Of a stretch of DNA of 64,000 nucleotides, positions 10,082-19,930 are shown piece after piece (position 1 is the stretch's first letter; each line of letters starts with the position of its first letter). The translations under genes were made by a program, and so were the position numbers. The notes under the pieces are model-generated. The model was not told where the DNA came from and ran no database searches. It was given only the letters and a program-made list of their open reading frames with translations. Origin of the DNA: Candidatus Cloacimonadales bacterium. Lineage in GTDB: Bacteria; Cloacimonadota; Cloacimonadia; Cloacimonadales; JAIOQZ01. The DNA lies in NCBI GenBank assembly GCA_963665815.1, contig OY762463.1:2368001-2432000 (forward strand). Direction: 5' to 3'.

Positions 10082-10432
10082 CTACAACTTCACTCCAAAA
10101 TGACCTAGAACTGCAATAAGGATAAAATAGAGAACTACAGTCCCTGCAGAAGCGATCAGCATGGACAGATAGAAGTTGATGTTCAGTTTCAGCATCAGGG
10201 GCAGGATAACAAAGAATGCCAGAGACGGCAGCACCATCCAGAAAACACCGATCGATAACTGACTGACCTGTTTAACATCTTTTGTGTCATGATACAACCA
10301 TAATATTGCCAGAACAGACACTAATGGCAGGGATGCCAGTATTGCACCCAGCAGGGAGCTGCGTTTGGATATCTCGGATATTGCTACAATCAATACTGAG
10401 GAAATCAGTAATTTTATTATATAATACCACAT
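10082..10432 (-). CDS. DUF3147-family small membrane protein
   Basis: ISEISKRS..LGAILASLPLVS signature; start moved to the ATG behind AAGGAG. Confidence 0.8.
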   Translation of the reverse strand: MWYYIIKLLISSVLIVAISEISKRSSLLGAILASLPLVSVLAILWLYHDTKDVKQVSQLSIGVFWMVLPSLAFFVILPLMLKLNINFYLSMLIASAGTVVLYFILIAVLGHFGVKL

Positions 10433-10844
10433 TGTTGTCTCCTTCGGAATATAAGTCATTCTATTTACATCAATTGACAAAGCTTATTTATTGAGTATTG
10501 GACAAAACAGATGTACAAAATGTCAAGAAGAGAGAAAAAAAGACAAGATAATTAAAGTTAGTTTTTCTTATAATTCTGATCATACTCTGCCTATTACAAA
10601 CAGGCTTCTTTACTCAATTCAATGGAAAATGGAAAGAAATCATAATTTCTGACTACACAATAAAACAAATATTAAGAACTAAAAGAAGTCATATTTATTC
10701 TATGAAGGTCTTATCTTCATTTGCAAGGTCTTTTTGTGTTTCAGGAAAGGGCTGAATAGATTTTCTGATTTATTTTCTTGACTGGAAACAGATTGCATAT
10801 TCTCATTTACTTAATCTTTATTATTGAACATTATAGGAGAAGCT

Positions 10845-11402
10845 ATGAATAAGGTGGTATTAGCACTTTTAGGGGCGATAGTGTTGTTATTGGGAGGATG
10901 TGCAGGAAAGAATGATTCCTTTTTAAGTCCCAGCAATGAAGCCAATATATGTTATTTCATGGAGTTTCATGATGATGAAGGATATACAACATCATATCTC
11001 GGTGTTCCTCCGAACGACTGGGAACCGAATTATAAAGAAGAAACCAGATCAACAGCATATTACGATTTCACAAAGATTGTGATCAATCTCAACAATGATA
11101 AATTGAGAGCAATAAAACCAAGTGAGACAACAATAGTAATAGAGAATGCTTACCCAAGCGAATACATTAATATGCAGCTTGGGAATTTCTTTGACCTGTC
11201 GAATATGACAAGATATGTTGTAAAAACCTTGAAGTCTACGGGTCATCAGCTTGTCTGGAACGGATGTAATGAAGAAGGAGAAATCTGCCCTACCGGATTT
11301 TACAAATATACAATATATTATGATGATCGTTCCAGTTCAGATTTTGCATTGCTGATTGATCAGGATGGAATACCGGGCTGGGATCCGGAACAACAGAAAT
11401 AG
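10845..11402 (+). CDS. Lipoprotein with FlgD-Ig-like C-terminal domain
   Basis: Lipobox LLGGC; WNGCNEEGEICPTGFYKY matches the FlgD-Ig WDG...GxY pattern. Confidence 0.65.
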   Translation: MNKVVLALLGAIVLLLGGCAGKNDSFLSPSNEANICYFMEFHDDEGYTTSYLGVPPNDWEPNYKEETRSTAYYDFTKIVINLNNDKLRAIKPSETTIVIENAYPSEYINMQLGNFFDLSNMTRYVVKTLKSTGHQLVWNGCNEEGEICPTGFYKYTIYYDDRSSSDFALLIDQDGIPGWDPEQQK

Positions 11403-11516
11403 GTTCTGTGATCCAGAAAACAGTGCTGATTTATAATATATAATCTTTTTAACACAGTTAAGAGTGCATTTTGTGTTACATTATAAAGTACAACTCGTTA
11501 TTATCAAAGGAATAAC

Positions 11517-12461
11517 ATGAAAAAACTATATCTATTTGTAATCTTTTTGAAAATCACGATTCTGATAAGTGCTCAAAATTCTCTATTTGTGCTGGGAGGT
11601 AAAGAATACAGGATTGAAGAATTTCCTGTTGTTCTGGACAGTTTGGCAAAAGTTATAATAGATAGTAAAGAGTCTGACAATCTGATCCTTTTTATTCATG
11701 GTCATGGCAATCAGCCTGACAAAGCTGTAAACAGAAGACTGCCTGTGATGGAAAAAGATTATTCTGCAAAAGTTATTGTGTTTCATTGGCCAAGCTGGGA
11801 TGAAAACTTCGTATATCCTGAGAAACAGGCAATTCTGGCAGGCAGAGATCTGGAAAAAGTTTTCAGGAATCTTAAGGAATTTAAAACCAGAAATCCTGAA
11901 GTATACAAAAAAATCAATCCGGTACTGCTTACCCACAGCATGGGAGGATATGTTCTGAAGGCTTGCATTGAGGCCACTGACAGAAAAGCTTATTCCAATA
12001 TCTTCAATAACATTCTGATTAATTCTCCTGATGTTGATACACAGGATCATTATGTCTGGGTAGATGCAATATCTGAAAGCAAAAATGTATATATTACTTA
12101 CAATAAATATGATCCTGTGCTTCAGAGTTCAGCAAGAACATTCAACAATAAAATTAGACTTGGTCAGAAGTTGGAATCAATATTCAATGGGAAATACAGG
12201 CTTTCTGAAAAAGCAGTGTATCTGAATCTTTCCGAACTTGGATTTGTTCATAAAAGCTATATGCCGGAAAGCCAACAGGGCAATAAATATCTTGAACAGT
12301 TCTATTGTAAAGCTCTCAATGGTGATTATATAAAGCTTAAAGAGAAATACGGATTTTTGAAAACCGAAGATAAGCAGGTCTACCTTATAAAAAGCGATAG
12401 AAAACCAATCTTCTCATTTATGGATGATAATAAAGATGAGGAAAAGAAAAAAGTTAACTAG
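11517..12461 (+). CDS. Secreted alpha/beta hydrolase (DUF900-like)
   Basis: LFIHGHG, FHWPS, THSMG nucleophile elbow and SPDVD. Confidence 0.8.
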   Translation: MKKLYLFVIFLKITILISAQNSLFVLGGKEYRIEEFPVVLDSLAKVIIDSKESDNLILFIHGHGNQPDKAVNRRLPVMEKDYSAKVIVFHWPSWDENFVYPEKQAILAGRDLEKVFRNLKEFKTRNPEVYKKINPVLLTHSMGGYVLKACIEATDRKAYSNIFNNILINSPDVDTQDHYVWVDAISESKNVYITYNKYDPVLQSSARTFNNKIRLGQKLESIFNGKYRLSEKAVYLNLSELGFVHKSYMPESQQGNKYLEQFYCKALNGDYIKLKEKYGFLKTEDKQVYLIKSDRKPIFSFMDDNKDEEKKKVN

Positions 12462-12616
12462 GATAAAACAAATCCAGACTTGACATTATAAATAAACTTG
12501 AAATTTTAGAGTATGCTGAAATCTATTTGGGGATAGATAAAAGCATGCTAAATCTTTTTCACTATATTTTTTAGAAGTTGTAGTGAATAAGAAATGTTAT
12601 TTGTTTAGGGGAACAA

Positions 12617-13555
12617 ATGAGAAATTTTATACTATTAGTACTATTGAGCTTTATTCTTTTTTCATGCATTAAAGAATCAGCTGACAGCAATCCTTTACAA
12701 TCTGAAATTTCCAGAAATTATCTTAATGACGCATTGAAGTTAAATATCAGCAATATTGATTCACTTGTTAATGCATATAAAGAAAAAGATTATCCTTTTG
12801 TCATTTATAATGGAGTGCCGGTTGAAACAGTTTTTGCTGATTCAATTGCATTCCTGAGTCGCAATGACACTCTTGTTTTCCATCCTTTACTGACTGCAAT
12901 CTGCGTTATCACTTTATATACGAGATATCATGAAGATGGTGATGAAAATGATAGAAAAGTGTTGCTTAAGAATCTTCAGTATCTGGAGGAAAATCTTACT
13001 GAAGAATTCTATTGTGAGTACAATTTCCCTATCTGGGAAACACATTGTGCAAATGCTCCATGGATAAGTGGATTGGCTCAGGGGGAAATATGTACAGCTT
13101 TTTGCAGGGGATACCTTCTTACAGGTGATGAACGTTATCTGGAAATTGCGAAAAAAATCCTTCGAACATTGATTACGAATAGCGAAGAGTATTGGTGCGT
13201 TTATACAGATCCGAATAATTATTACTGGATTGAGGAATACCCTAATCCTGACAAATGTCATGTTTTAAATGGAATGATGTTTGCACTTTGGGGAGTATGG
13301 GAATATTACACAATAACTGAAGATAATGATGCAAAGGATATTCTTCTGGCAGGATTACGATCAATTGCTGATCATTGTTGTACTTTCTGGATTGATGATA
13401 ATCTCAGATATTCAAAATACTGTAAACATGGAGAAGCTTCTGCTGCATACCACAGGCTTCATTTCAAGCTGTTCAAAGCTTTTTACGATCAATTCAAAAT
13501 ACCTGAGTTCAATACAGCTTATGAATTATACTACAATATGTATTATCATCCTTGA
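12617..13555 (+). CDS. Lipoprotein with D-glucuronyl C5-epimerase C-terminal-like domain (paralogue 1)
   Basis: Lipobox LFSC; WISGLAQG, EEYP, HVLNGMMFALWG and YHRLH motifs. Confidence 0.75.
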   Translation: MRNFILLVLLSFILFSCIKESADSNPLQSEISRNYLNDALKLNISNIDSLVNAYKEKDYPFVIYNGVPVETVFADSIAFLSRNDTLVFHPLLTAICVITLYTRYHEDGDENDRKVLLKNLQYLEENLTEEFYCEYNFPIWETHCANAPWISGLAQGEICTAFCRGYLLTGDERYLEIAKKILRTLITNSEEYWCVYTDPNNYYWIEEYPNPDKCHVLNGMMFALWGVWEYYTITEDNDAKDILLAGLRSIADHCCTFWIDDNLRYSKYCKHGEASAAYHRLHFKLFKAFYDQFKIPEFNTAYELYYNMYYHP

Positions 13556-13673
13556 AATTAAGTCGATGTGTTCATTATATTTCTTGTATGATGTGGCTTC
13601 AATTGCAGTTTCGCTTGACTGAATTAACGAATTTTCATCAACTATATCAAAGTAATTATCGAGGACATAATTT

Positions 13674-13841
13674 ATGAATGATAAAGAATATCTAAAAATG
13701 TTAATGAATGGAATATTTCAGGATGCAGGTCGTGACTCCTGGGGATGCCTGAAAAAGCTCATTGAATGGATTGCTTTTATTATACTGTGCATTATTGTAT
13801 TCGCAGCTTATGTGTGGATAAGGTTCGGTCGCCTAATTTGA
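13674..13841 (+). CDS. 55-aa single-pass membrane protein (below ORF-track cutoff)
   Basis: GAGGA RBS; MNDKEYLKMLMNGIFQDAGRDSWGCLKKLIEWIAFIILCIIVFAAYVWIRFGRLI; its stop abuts the fucosidase stop. Confidence 0.6.
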   Translation: MNDKEYLKMLMNGIFQDAGRDSWGCLKKLIEWIAFIILCIIVFAAYVWIRFGRLI

Positions 13842-15623
13842 TTACCTGTGTAAATCTATCTCTCCCTTCAACTGAACTGCAATAACGGTCACATATTCAT
13901 CAAGTGTGTCTTCAGGTACATCAATATAGACTATGCCGGGGACTTCACTCCAGTACAGCTTGTTAAAGACTTTATGCTGAAGTTTTACTCCTGTTCCTAC
14001 GACACGTATTCTGTTGATTGAATTTTTGATTCCCTTAAGTACTACAGGTCCATTGGGTTTACCATTAAGATATAAATACAGAATATCCCGGTTTTCAGAT
14101 AAGGATGTTCTACCGTTAAAATGACCCTCAGGAATACCTTTTTCAGGATTCATCAAGACCTCAAAGTGCTTCTCTTTCCATTCTCCGAAACCTTTTTCAG
14201 AATAATCACCATATTCTTCGGAAGTTCCTGATGTTAATTTATCTACAAGCTGGTTTACATATACATCATTAATATCAACGTCATTGTTTGTAAAAGATGT
14301 GAGATAATAATCTTCATTAACTGATAAATCCTCTATTAGTTTGATTTCCTCGTTCAATTCAATACATACAACAGTAATCTGTGAATCATAACAATCTTCA
14401 GGAAGTTTCATGTATAATGTTTTATTAGCAGTTTCACCTTCTTTTTCCCATTTTACACCGGAAGAGTTACCTACAACATACACATCTTTCACGTTATTGT
14501 CTAAGCCTTTCACTCTCAGAAGCCCATCAGAGGAATCATGTACAAAAAGATAGAGTTTCTTTCTGTCCTTTGACAATGTGGAGGGATAACAGGTGTGATT
14601 TGTGTTTATTCCTTCAGTGCTTTCAAAAACTGCTTCATGGTGCTTGGTATTCCATCTGGCGAGTTCTTTAAGTATTTCTAACTGCTCATCCGGAATAGTT
14701 CCATCTTCCTTGGGGCCTATATCAAGAAGAAGGTTCCCCCCCATTGATATACAATCCACAAAAATCCTCAATATCTGATATGGTGTTTTATAATTTGTGT
14801 CATGGTGTTGAAATCCCCAGGAATCATTCATTGTCATACACAATTCCCAGTAGCGATTATCCGGTTTAACAACAGGAACACCCTGTTCCGGAGTATCATA
14901 ATCACCATAACCGGCAAGACGGGAATTCACGATCACATCAGGGTTCCACTTAAGCAGTTTTACTTTGAGATCTTTTGCTTTCCAGGCTTCTGCACTCTGT
15001 TCCCAGTCACCGTCAAACCAGAACAGATCCGGCTTGAAATTCTTTGACAGTTCTTCGATCTGTCCCTGATAGAAATCAACAAATTTATTCCATCTGACCG
15101 GATCATATTTATAGCGTTTCTCCGTTATGGTAAAATTGGGATAGTTTTCATCAGACCAGTCTATAAGTGAGTAATACAGCCCTATTTTGATTCCCTGCTT
15201 TCTCATTGCATTGCAGAACGGAGTCACAAGGTCTTTACCTGCAAGAGTTCTGTCTTTAGTGTTAAGATCACTGAGTTTCGTATCCCATAAAGCTACACCG
15301 TCATGATGCTTAGTGGTTAACACAGCATATCCTGCACCGGTAGACTTTATCAGTTTTGCCCAATCCTCGGGATTATAGTTTGCAGCTGTAAATCTGATAG
15401 ATTGATTCATATATCTGTTGTACGAGATATAGTTATTATAAAAAGACCAGGATTCATCAATGCCGTCAACAGCGTAAATCCCCCAGTGTATAAATATCCC
15501 CAGCTTTGCATTTTCAAACCATTCCATTCTTTTCATATAGCTTTCCTCTTCAGATTGCTTTTCTGCACACAGACAATTTGCAGAAATTGTTAAAATTATC
15601 AGACTTATATATAGTACTTTCAT
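13842..15623 (-). CDS. Alpha-L-fucosidase (GH29), secreted
   Basis: GIFIHWG, TTKHHDG, FWFDGDW nucleophile and GGNLLLDIGP motifs. Confidence 0.93.
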   Translation of the reverse strand: MKVLYISLIILTISANCLCAEKQSEEESYMKRMEWFENAKLGIFIHWGIYAVDGIDESWSFYNNYISYNRYMNQSIRFTAANYNPEDWAKLIKSTGAGYAVLTTKHHDGVALWDTKLSDLNTKDRTLAGKDLVTPFCNAMRKQGIKIGLYYSLIDWSDENYPNFTITEKRYKYDPVRWNKFVDFYQGQIEELSKNFKPDLFWFDGDWEQSAEAWKAKDLKVKLLKWNPDVIVNSRLAGYGDYDTPEQGVPVVKPDNRYWELCMTMNDSWGFQHHDTNYKTPYQILRIFVDCISMGGNLLLDIGPKEDGTIPDEQLEILKELARWNTKHHEAVFESTEGINTNHTCYPSTLSKDRKKLYLFVHDSSDGLLRVKGLDNNVKDVYVVGNSSGVKWEKEGETANKTLYMKLPEDCYDSQITVVCIELNEEIKLIEDLSVNEDYYLTSFTNNDVDINDVYVNQLVDKLTSGTSEEYGDYSEKGFGEWKEKHFEVLMNPEKGIPEGHFNGRTSLSENRDILYLYLNGKPNGPVVLKGIKNSINRIRVVGTGVKLQHKVFNKLYWSEVPGIVYIDVPEDTLDEYVTVIAVQLKGEIDLHR

Positions 15624-15705
15624 AGATATCCCCTGAATCTGTATTTAGTAATTTATATTATTGATAGTTGTTGTATGTCAAAGAAAAACTTATTTGATTA
15701 CATAA

Positions 15706-16572
15706 CTACTTGCTTCTCCTCTGTGAGAGAATCATGGCACACAGCATTAAAGAACAGCCTGCAATCTTTTTTACAGATATTCCTTCGCTGAGAATCAGAA
15801 TTCCACCAATAAGAGCGAAAACACTTTCCAGACTAAGGATTATTGCTGCATGGGCGGGATGAGTTTTCTTTTGAGCCACAACCTGCAGAGTATAAGCTAT
15901 TCCTACAGACATGAGACCTCCATATAGAATTGGTATTCCGGCTGGAATAATGCTAGAAAGATAAATATCTTCCCAAATAAAAGATCCTGTCAAACTTAGT
16001 AGAGAACATACTGCAAACTGAATCATTGCAAGCTTTATACTGTCCTGATACTTTGTGAAATAATTAATCAACTGAACGTGTACAGCCCAGAATACAGCCG
16101 AGAGTAGTACAAGTAGATCGCCTCTGTTGATTGTCAGTCCGGAATTACCAGAAATCAGATATAGTCCTGAAACAGCAAGAATAGAACTGACCCAAATATG
16201 TTTTCCGGTTTTTTGCTTGAAAAAAATACCAATCATCGGAACAATTATAACGTATAAACCTGTGATAAAACCTGCATTACCCGCAGATGTATATACTATC
16301 CCGACCTGTTGCAGAGATGCTCCAAGAAACAAGGCACATCCAGCCAGAAGTCCATTTAAAATAAGAGATCTGGATATAAGTGGATCGGTTGTTTTCGGGG
16401 AAAGAAGAAAAACCGGGATGAGGGAAGCACTTCCAAGAGCGAATCGCAATCCATTGAACAGGAATGGTCCCATGTGTTCCATTCCGGCTCGTTGAGCAAC
16501 AAAGGCAAATCCCCAGATAATTGCAGTAAGCAGGAGCAGAATATCAGATTTAATTGTGTCAGAATTTATCAT
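15706..16572 (-). CDS. EamA/DMT-family transporter
   Basis: IWGFAFVAQR and LSLESVF motifs; about 10 TM helices. Confidence 0.9.
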   Translation of the reverse strand: MINSDTIKSDILLLLTAIIWGFAFVAQRAGMEHMGPFLFNGLRFALGSASLIPVFLLSPKTTDPLISRSLILNGLLAGCALFLGASLQQVGIVYTSAGNAGFITGLYVIIVPMIGIFFKQKTGKHIWVSSILAVSGLYLISGNSGLTINRGDLLVLLSAVFWAVHVQLINYFTKYQDSIKLAMIQFAVCSLLSLTGSFIWEDIYLSSIIPAGIPILYGGLMSVGIAYTLQVVAQKKTHPAHAAIILSLESVFALIGGILILSEGISVKKIAGCSLMLCAMILSQRRSK

Positions 16573-16632
16573 ATTAGTATGCAATTGTTTGTATATCTTT
16601 GAAAGTTATATTTTATTGATTACGGAACTATA

Positions 16633-17028
16633 TTAGCCAATAAGTTCAGGTATCACATCCTTGAATTTTTTAATACCAATCATCTTGTATATTACTGCAT
16701 CAAATTGGTCGAAATATTCTACCATTGAAGGATAATGTTCTTCATAAAAATCTCTTCCAGTGTAGACAGTATACAGAATGGATGGAATATCTCTGAATCT
16801 CTCATCAGATTTCATCAGCTTAAGAGTTTCAAGAGCATTCAATGTTTTCTTCCTGAACATATTCTGGATGACAAGGTCTATCTTCTCATCTTTCATTATA
16901 AAAAAAGCTTCCAGCAAGCTTGGAGTAATTATAAAGTTGTACTTCTCATTAAAACCCCAATCATCACAAAACTGTACAACAAATTCCATTGCATCGGGCA
17001 TTTCATCAATCATTAGAATGTTTTTCAT
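16633..17028 (-). CDS. Stand-alone atypical response-regulator receiver domain
   Basis: ILMIDE...IDLVIQN...IPSILYT; the phospho-acceptor Asp appears replaced by Asn. Confidence 0.6.
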   Translation of the reverse strand: MKNILMIDEMPDAMEFVVQFCDDWGFNEKYNFIITPSLLEAFFIMKDEKIDLVIQNMFRKKTLNALETLKLMKSDERFRDIPSILYTVYTGRDFYEEHYPSMVEYFDQFDAVIYKMIGIKKFKDVIPELIG

Positions 17029-17109
17029 ATATACCTCAGAAAATACTTAGAGAGCATTACATAGTAGTAAAACCAAGCCGCTTCGGACAATGAAACAGAA
17101 ACGTTTTAA

Positions 17110-17574
17110 TTATTTGAAAAAAGGAATAAGTTTATCGCAAATCTTGTTAAGGAATACTTTATCGTGATCGGAGAATGGAGCAAGATTATGTGAATCAATA
17201 TCCAGTTGTCCCAGATATATATCATTTTTTATGATAGGAATCACTATTTCTGATTTCACTTTAAGGCTGCATGAAAGGTAATTAGTTTCTTTTGCAACAT
17301 CCTGAATAAGATATACATCTTTTGTTTCCGCTGATTGACCGCAAATACCTTTGCCGAAAGGAATCTTAACATGTTCCGTTGGTTCTCCGCAGAATGGACC
17401 AAGCTCAAGTATCTTTTGGTTATTATCTGCAATATAGAATCCTGCCCAGTGATAATGATCAATGTTAAGAACGAGATAGTCACAGACATCCTGCATAACA
17501 TCTTCAAATGGTCTTCCCGGGAGTATCAATCCGTCAATATCAGGAAGTAAGAAGTCATATTTTGATCTTGGCAT
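17110..17574 (-). CDS. GAF-domain protein, free Met-R-sulfoxide reductase (MsrC)-like
   Basis: WAGFY, GKGICG, YLSCS..KSEIVIPI and LDIDS motifs. Confidence 0.8.
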   Translation of the reverse strand: MPRSKYDFLLPDIDGLILPGRPFEDVMQDVCDYLVLNIDHYHWAGFYIADNNQKILELGPFCGEPTEHVKIPFGKGICGQSAETKDVYLIQDVAKETNYLSCSLKVKSEIVIPIIKNDIYLGQLDIDSHNLAPFSDHDKVFLNKICDKLIPFFK

Positions 17575-17577
17575 AGT

Positions 17578-17919
17578 TCATTCCTTTTCTGTTTGGAGTT
17601 CCTGCCATACCTGTTCAGCAAACCTTAGATGAGGAATCACAATTGATCCTCCCACAACAAGTGCAATAGATACAGCTTCATGAAATTCATCTGATGTTAC
17701 ATTATGTTTCACGCATTGCTCAATATGATACTGAATACAGTCATTACAGCGAAGAACCATGGAAGCAACAAGTCCCATCAGTTCTTTAGTACTAACAGAT
17801 AAAGCCCCTTCCTGATACGCATTTGTATCAAGATTAAAAAAACGCTTCGTTGTTTTTGTAGCATTATCAAGTACAAGCTTGTTTAGCTGCTCTCTCTTCT
17901 TTTGAAATTCAGTTGCCAT
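17578..17919 (-). CDS. Carboxymuconolactone decarboxylase/AhpD-like protein
   Basis: KELMGL..RCNDCIQYH CxxC motif. Confidence 0.85.
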   Translation of the reverse strand: MATEFQKKREQLNKLVLDNATKTTKRFFNLDTNAYQEGALSVSTKELMGLVASMVLRCNDCIQYHIEQCVKHNVTSDEFHEAVSIALVVGGSIVIPHLRFAEQVWQELQTEKE

Positions 17920-18110
17920 ATTATCTCCTGATTAATCTAAAGCAAAATTAGTATCATTTACAATTTTTGACAATAAAAAAGGGTAAAATTTATTTAATCC
18001 AGACTGATAACAAAAGTAAGTATGCAATATGCAATCTTTGTAAATATAATTCAGTTAATGTACTTAATAGAGAGCTTTGCACAACCGAAGTAGTTATCTC
18101 GATATTCCTA

Positions 18111-19040
18111 TTATGAATACAATACTTTCAATCTTTGACTAAGAAGAGTATTGTATCTATCTTTCATGTTTTCAGAAAGAAAACTGATTGATATCAACTT
18201 CTGCCATATAGGAATACAACTTTCAATTTCTGCGAGAACCGCACTGATTCTTTTTCGCTGTATCTTCATTATATCATTTGCCAGATATTCAGTAAAATCT
18301 GCTCTTCTGAGCTTACTCTTTTTACCTGCAATGGGAAGTGCAATTTCTTCTGCTGGATTGCTTATTGCAATGGAAGTATTCAGTAAGTCATAAGAAGGAC
18401 TAAGCTCAGTTTTATTGTTTCTTGTTATTAAAGAGAAGTTTTTCAAGTGCATGTCTTCATTCCCGGAAAGGTAATTAAACAATGCAATTCTGAATAGTTT
18501 TATCATTTCCAGAACAGGAAAAGTTGTGTAATCTGCAATTATCGATACAATTTTCTCCATACTGGAATCATACTTTGTCTTTCTTTTTTTCTGAGAAATT
18601 TGAGAGAAATCTTCGACTGCAAACTTCGTACTGTGCCCTTTACGATCAAATCTTTTAACTATATAACATAATTCATCGTTTTTTGAGTAAATCAATCCAT
18701 GCCATGGAACTTCAATACCTGCTGCACTTGCCATCTTCATTGTCAAATCTTCATTCTCCGGTAACTCCGGATAGTTCATGTTCTGTGGCTTTGCAATGAA
18801 TTTCCCTTTAATGTCAACAATCTCAAACCTTTGCTTTGCTGCATTCAGTTTCATGCTCAATTTAGGTTGAACTCCCTGAATAGACATTTTCCCGGCTCTG
18901 TTAATGTATTCAAGATAAAACTCTTCTGACGAATACGGAAGAATTTCAAGATCGCTCAACTTTGGAGATAACTGCCGCAATCCCCTTTCTGAATACCTAC
19001 CCCCTGCTATTTCTTCGTAAGTAATTGGACACCTTGTCAT
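18111..19040 (-). CDS. hipT: HipT/HipA-like Ser/Thr kinase toxin
   Basis: MSIQGVQPK loop, GNEDMHLKNFS and PSYDLL; lacks the HipA N-terminal subdomain. Confidence 0.85.
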   Translation of the reverse strand: MTRCPITYEEIAGGRYSERGLRQLSPKLSDLEILPYSSEEFYLEYINRAGKMSIQGVQPKLSMKLNAAKQRFEIVDIKGKFIAKPQNMNYPELPENEDLTMKMASAAGIEVPWHGLIYSKNDELCYIVKRFDRKGHSTKFAVEDFSQISQKKRKTKYDSSMEKIVSIIADYTTFPVLEMIKLFRIALFNYLSGNEDMHLKNFSLITRNNKTELSPSYDLLNTSIAISNPAEEIALPIAGKKSKLRRADFTEYLANDIMKIQRKRISAVLAEIESCIPIWQKLISISFLSENMKDRYNTLLSQRLKVLYS

Positions 19041-19342
19041 TCTGCTTCCTCAACTGTTATTGCCCCAACAAGATCTCTTCCTACAATAACTATCTGAGAG
19101 AAATAGTCTTCTTCATCTATTTTGAACTTCCTTAAAAGAGCTTCCAATTGATATCCCTCCGGTAAAAGCCCGTCAAGAAAGGGTGGAAACTCTGAAAACT
19201 CGAAACTTCTTTTCACCACCGGTAAAGCAAGCGAAACAGGTTGACCAAAATAATCAGGCAAGTATTCAAGCTTGTACCCGTTCTCAGATTCTACCATTAT
19301 AGCAGCAGCTTTATCATGCATCCTCAGTATTAGCTTTCGCAT
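19037..19342 (-). CDS. hipS: HipS-like protein (HipA N-terminal/couple_hipA domain)
   Basis: PVSLALP, PPFLDGLLPEG and DLVGAITV motifs. Confidence 0.82.
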   Translation of the reverse strand: MRKLILRMHDKAAAIMVESENGYKLEYLPDYFGQPVSLALPVVKRSFEFSEFPPFLDGLLPEGYQLEALLRKFKIDEEDYFSQIVIVGRDLVGAITVEEAE

Positions 19343-19562
19343 ATTGTTTTCTCCATAAATTCATCAGTTGACTGCTGAAATCAATCCTGATATTTAAAAC
19401 ATTTAGTATATTGAGAAATGTATCTATACGAAAATTACTCCTACCTTTCTCAATATCAAACACGACTGTTTTCCCAACTTCTGCAAGATCTGCCAGTTCC
19501 TTTTGACTTAGCCCCGCCTGCTTACGGTGAAAACGGACTATGTCTCCGATCATTAGCTTCAT
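19314..19562 (-). CDS. hipB: HipB-like XRE HTH regulator
   Basis: RKQAGLSQKELADLAEVGKTVVFDIEKG. Confidence 0.85.
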   Translation of the reverse strand: MKLMIGDIVRFHRKQAGLSQKELADLAEVGKTVVFDIEKGRSNFRIDTFLNILNVLNIRIDFSSQLMNLWRKQYAKANTEDA

Positions 19563-19602
19563 TATTTCTCCCGAAATTCCTTTTTCTGCAATAAACTAAT
19601 AT

Positions 19603-19741
19603 TTACTGTCATAGCGGTAATATCAGAGATGATTATCAACAAGCCATAGTATTTGTCAAGTTTTTACTGCTATATTGGTAATTCTTATTGAAATAGGATT
19701 ATCTATATACAAACTAACCCTAATTACCGTAATATTGGCAA
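19603..19741. promoter_or_regulatory. Three 18-bp TTACYG-N6-YGGYAA operators and a sigma70 promoter for hipBST
   Basis: TTACTGTCATAGCGGTAA (19603), TTACTGCTATATTGGTAA (19664) and TTACCGTAATATTGGCAA (19724); minus-strand TTGACA-N16-GATAAT lies between boxes 1 and 2. Confidence 0.75.
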
Positions 19742-19930
19742 TAATCACAATATTTGTTTCTATCAGCGAAGCGTTCTAATCTTTTATAAGATCAACATGA
19801 TAAACTAAACATTTTACTCACACCGGGAACTGACCATTGGAAAATTTCATTTTCATAGGAAAAAGAACCTGAGCCAATGCCTTTAATTCCCTGCAGCCCA
19901 AGTTCTCATTCCATAGTAAATATTGATTAC

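Noticed and set aside
19603-19741. 60-bp periodic palindromes as a mini-CRISPR
   Set aside because: The units are 18 bp with variable centres and lie in a TA promoter; operators explain them better
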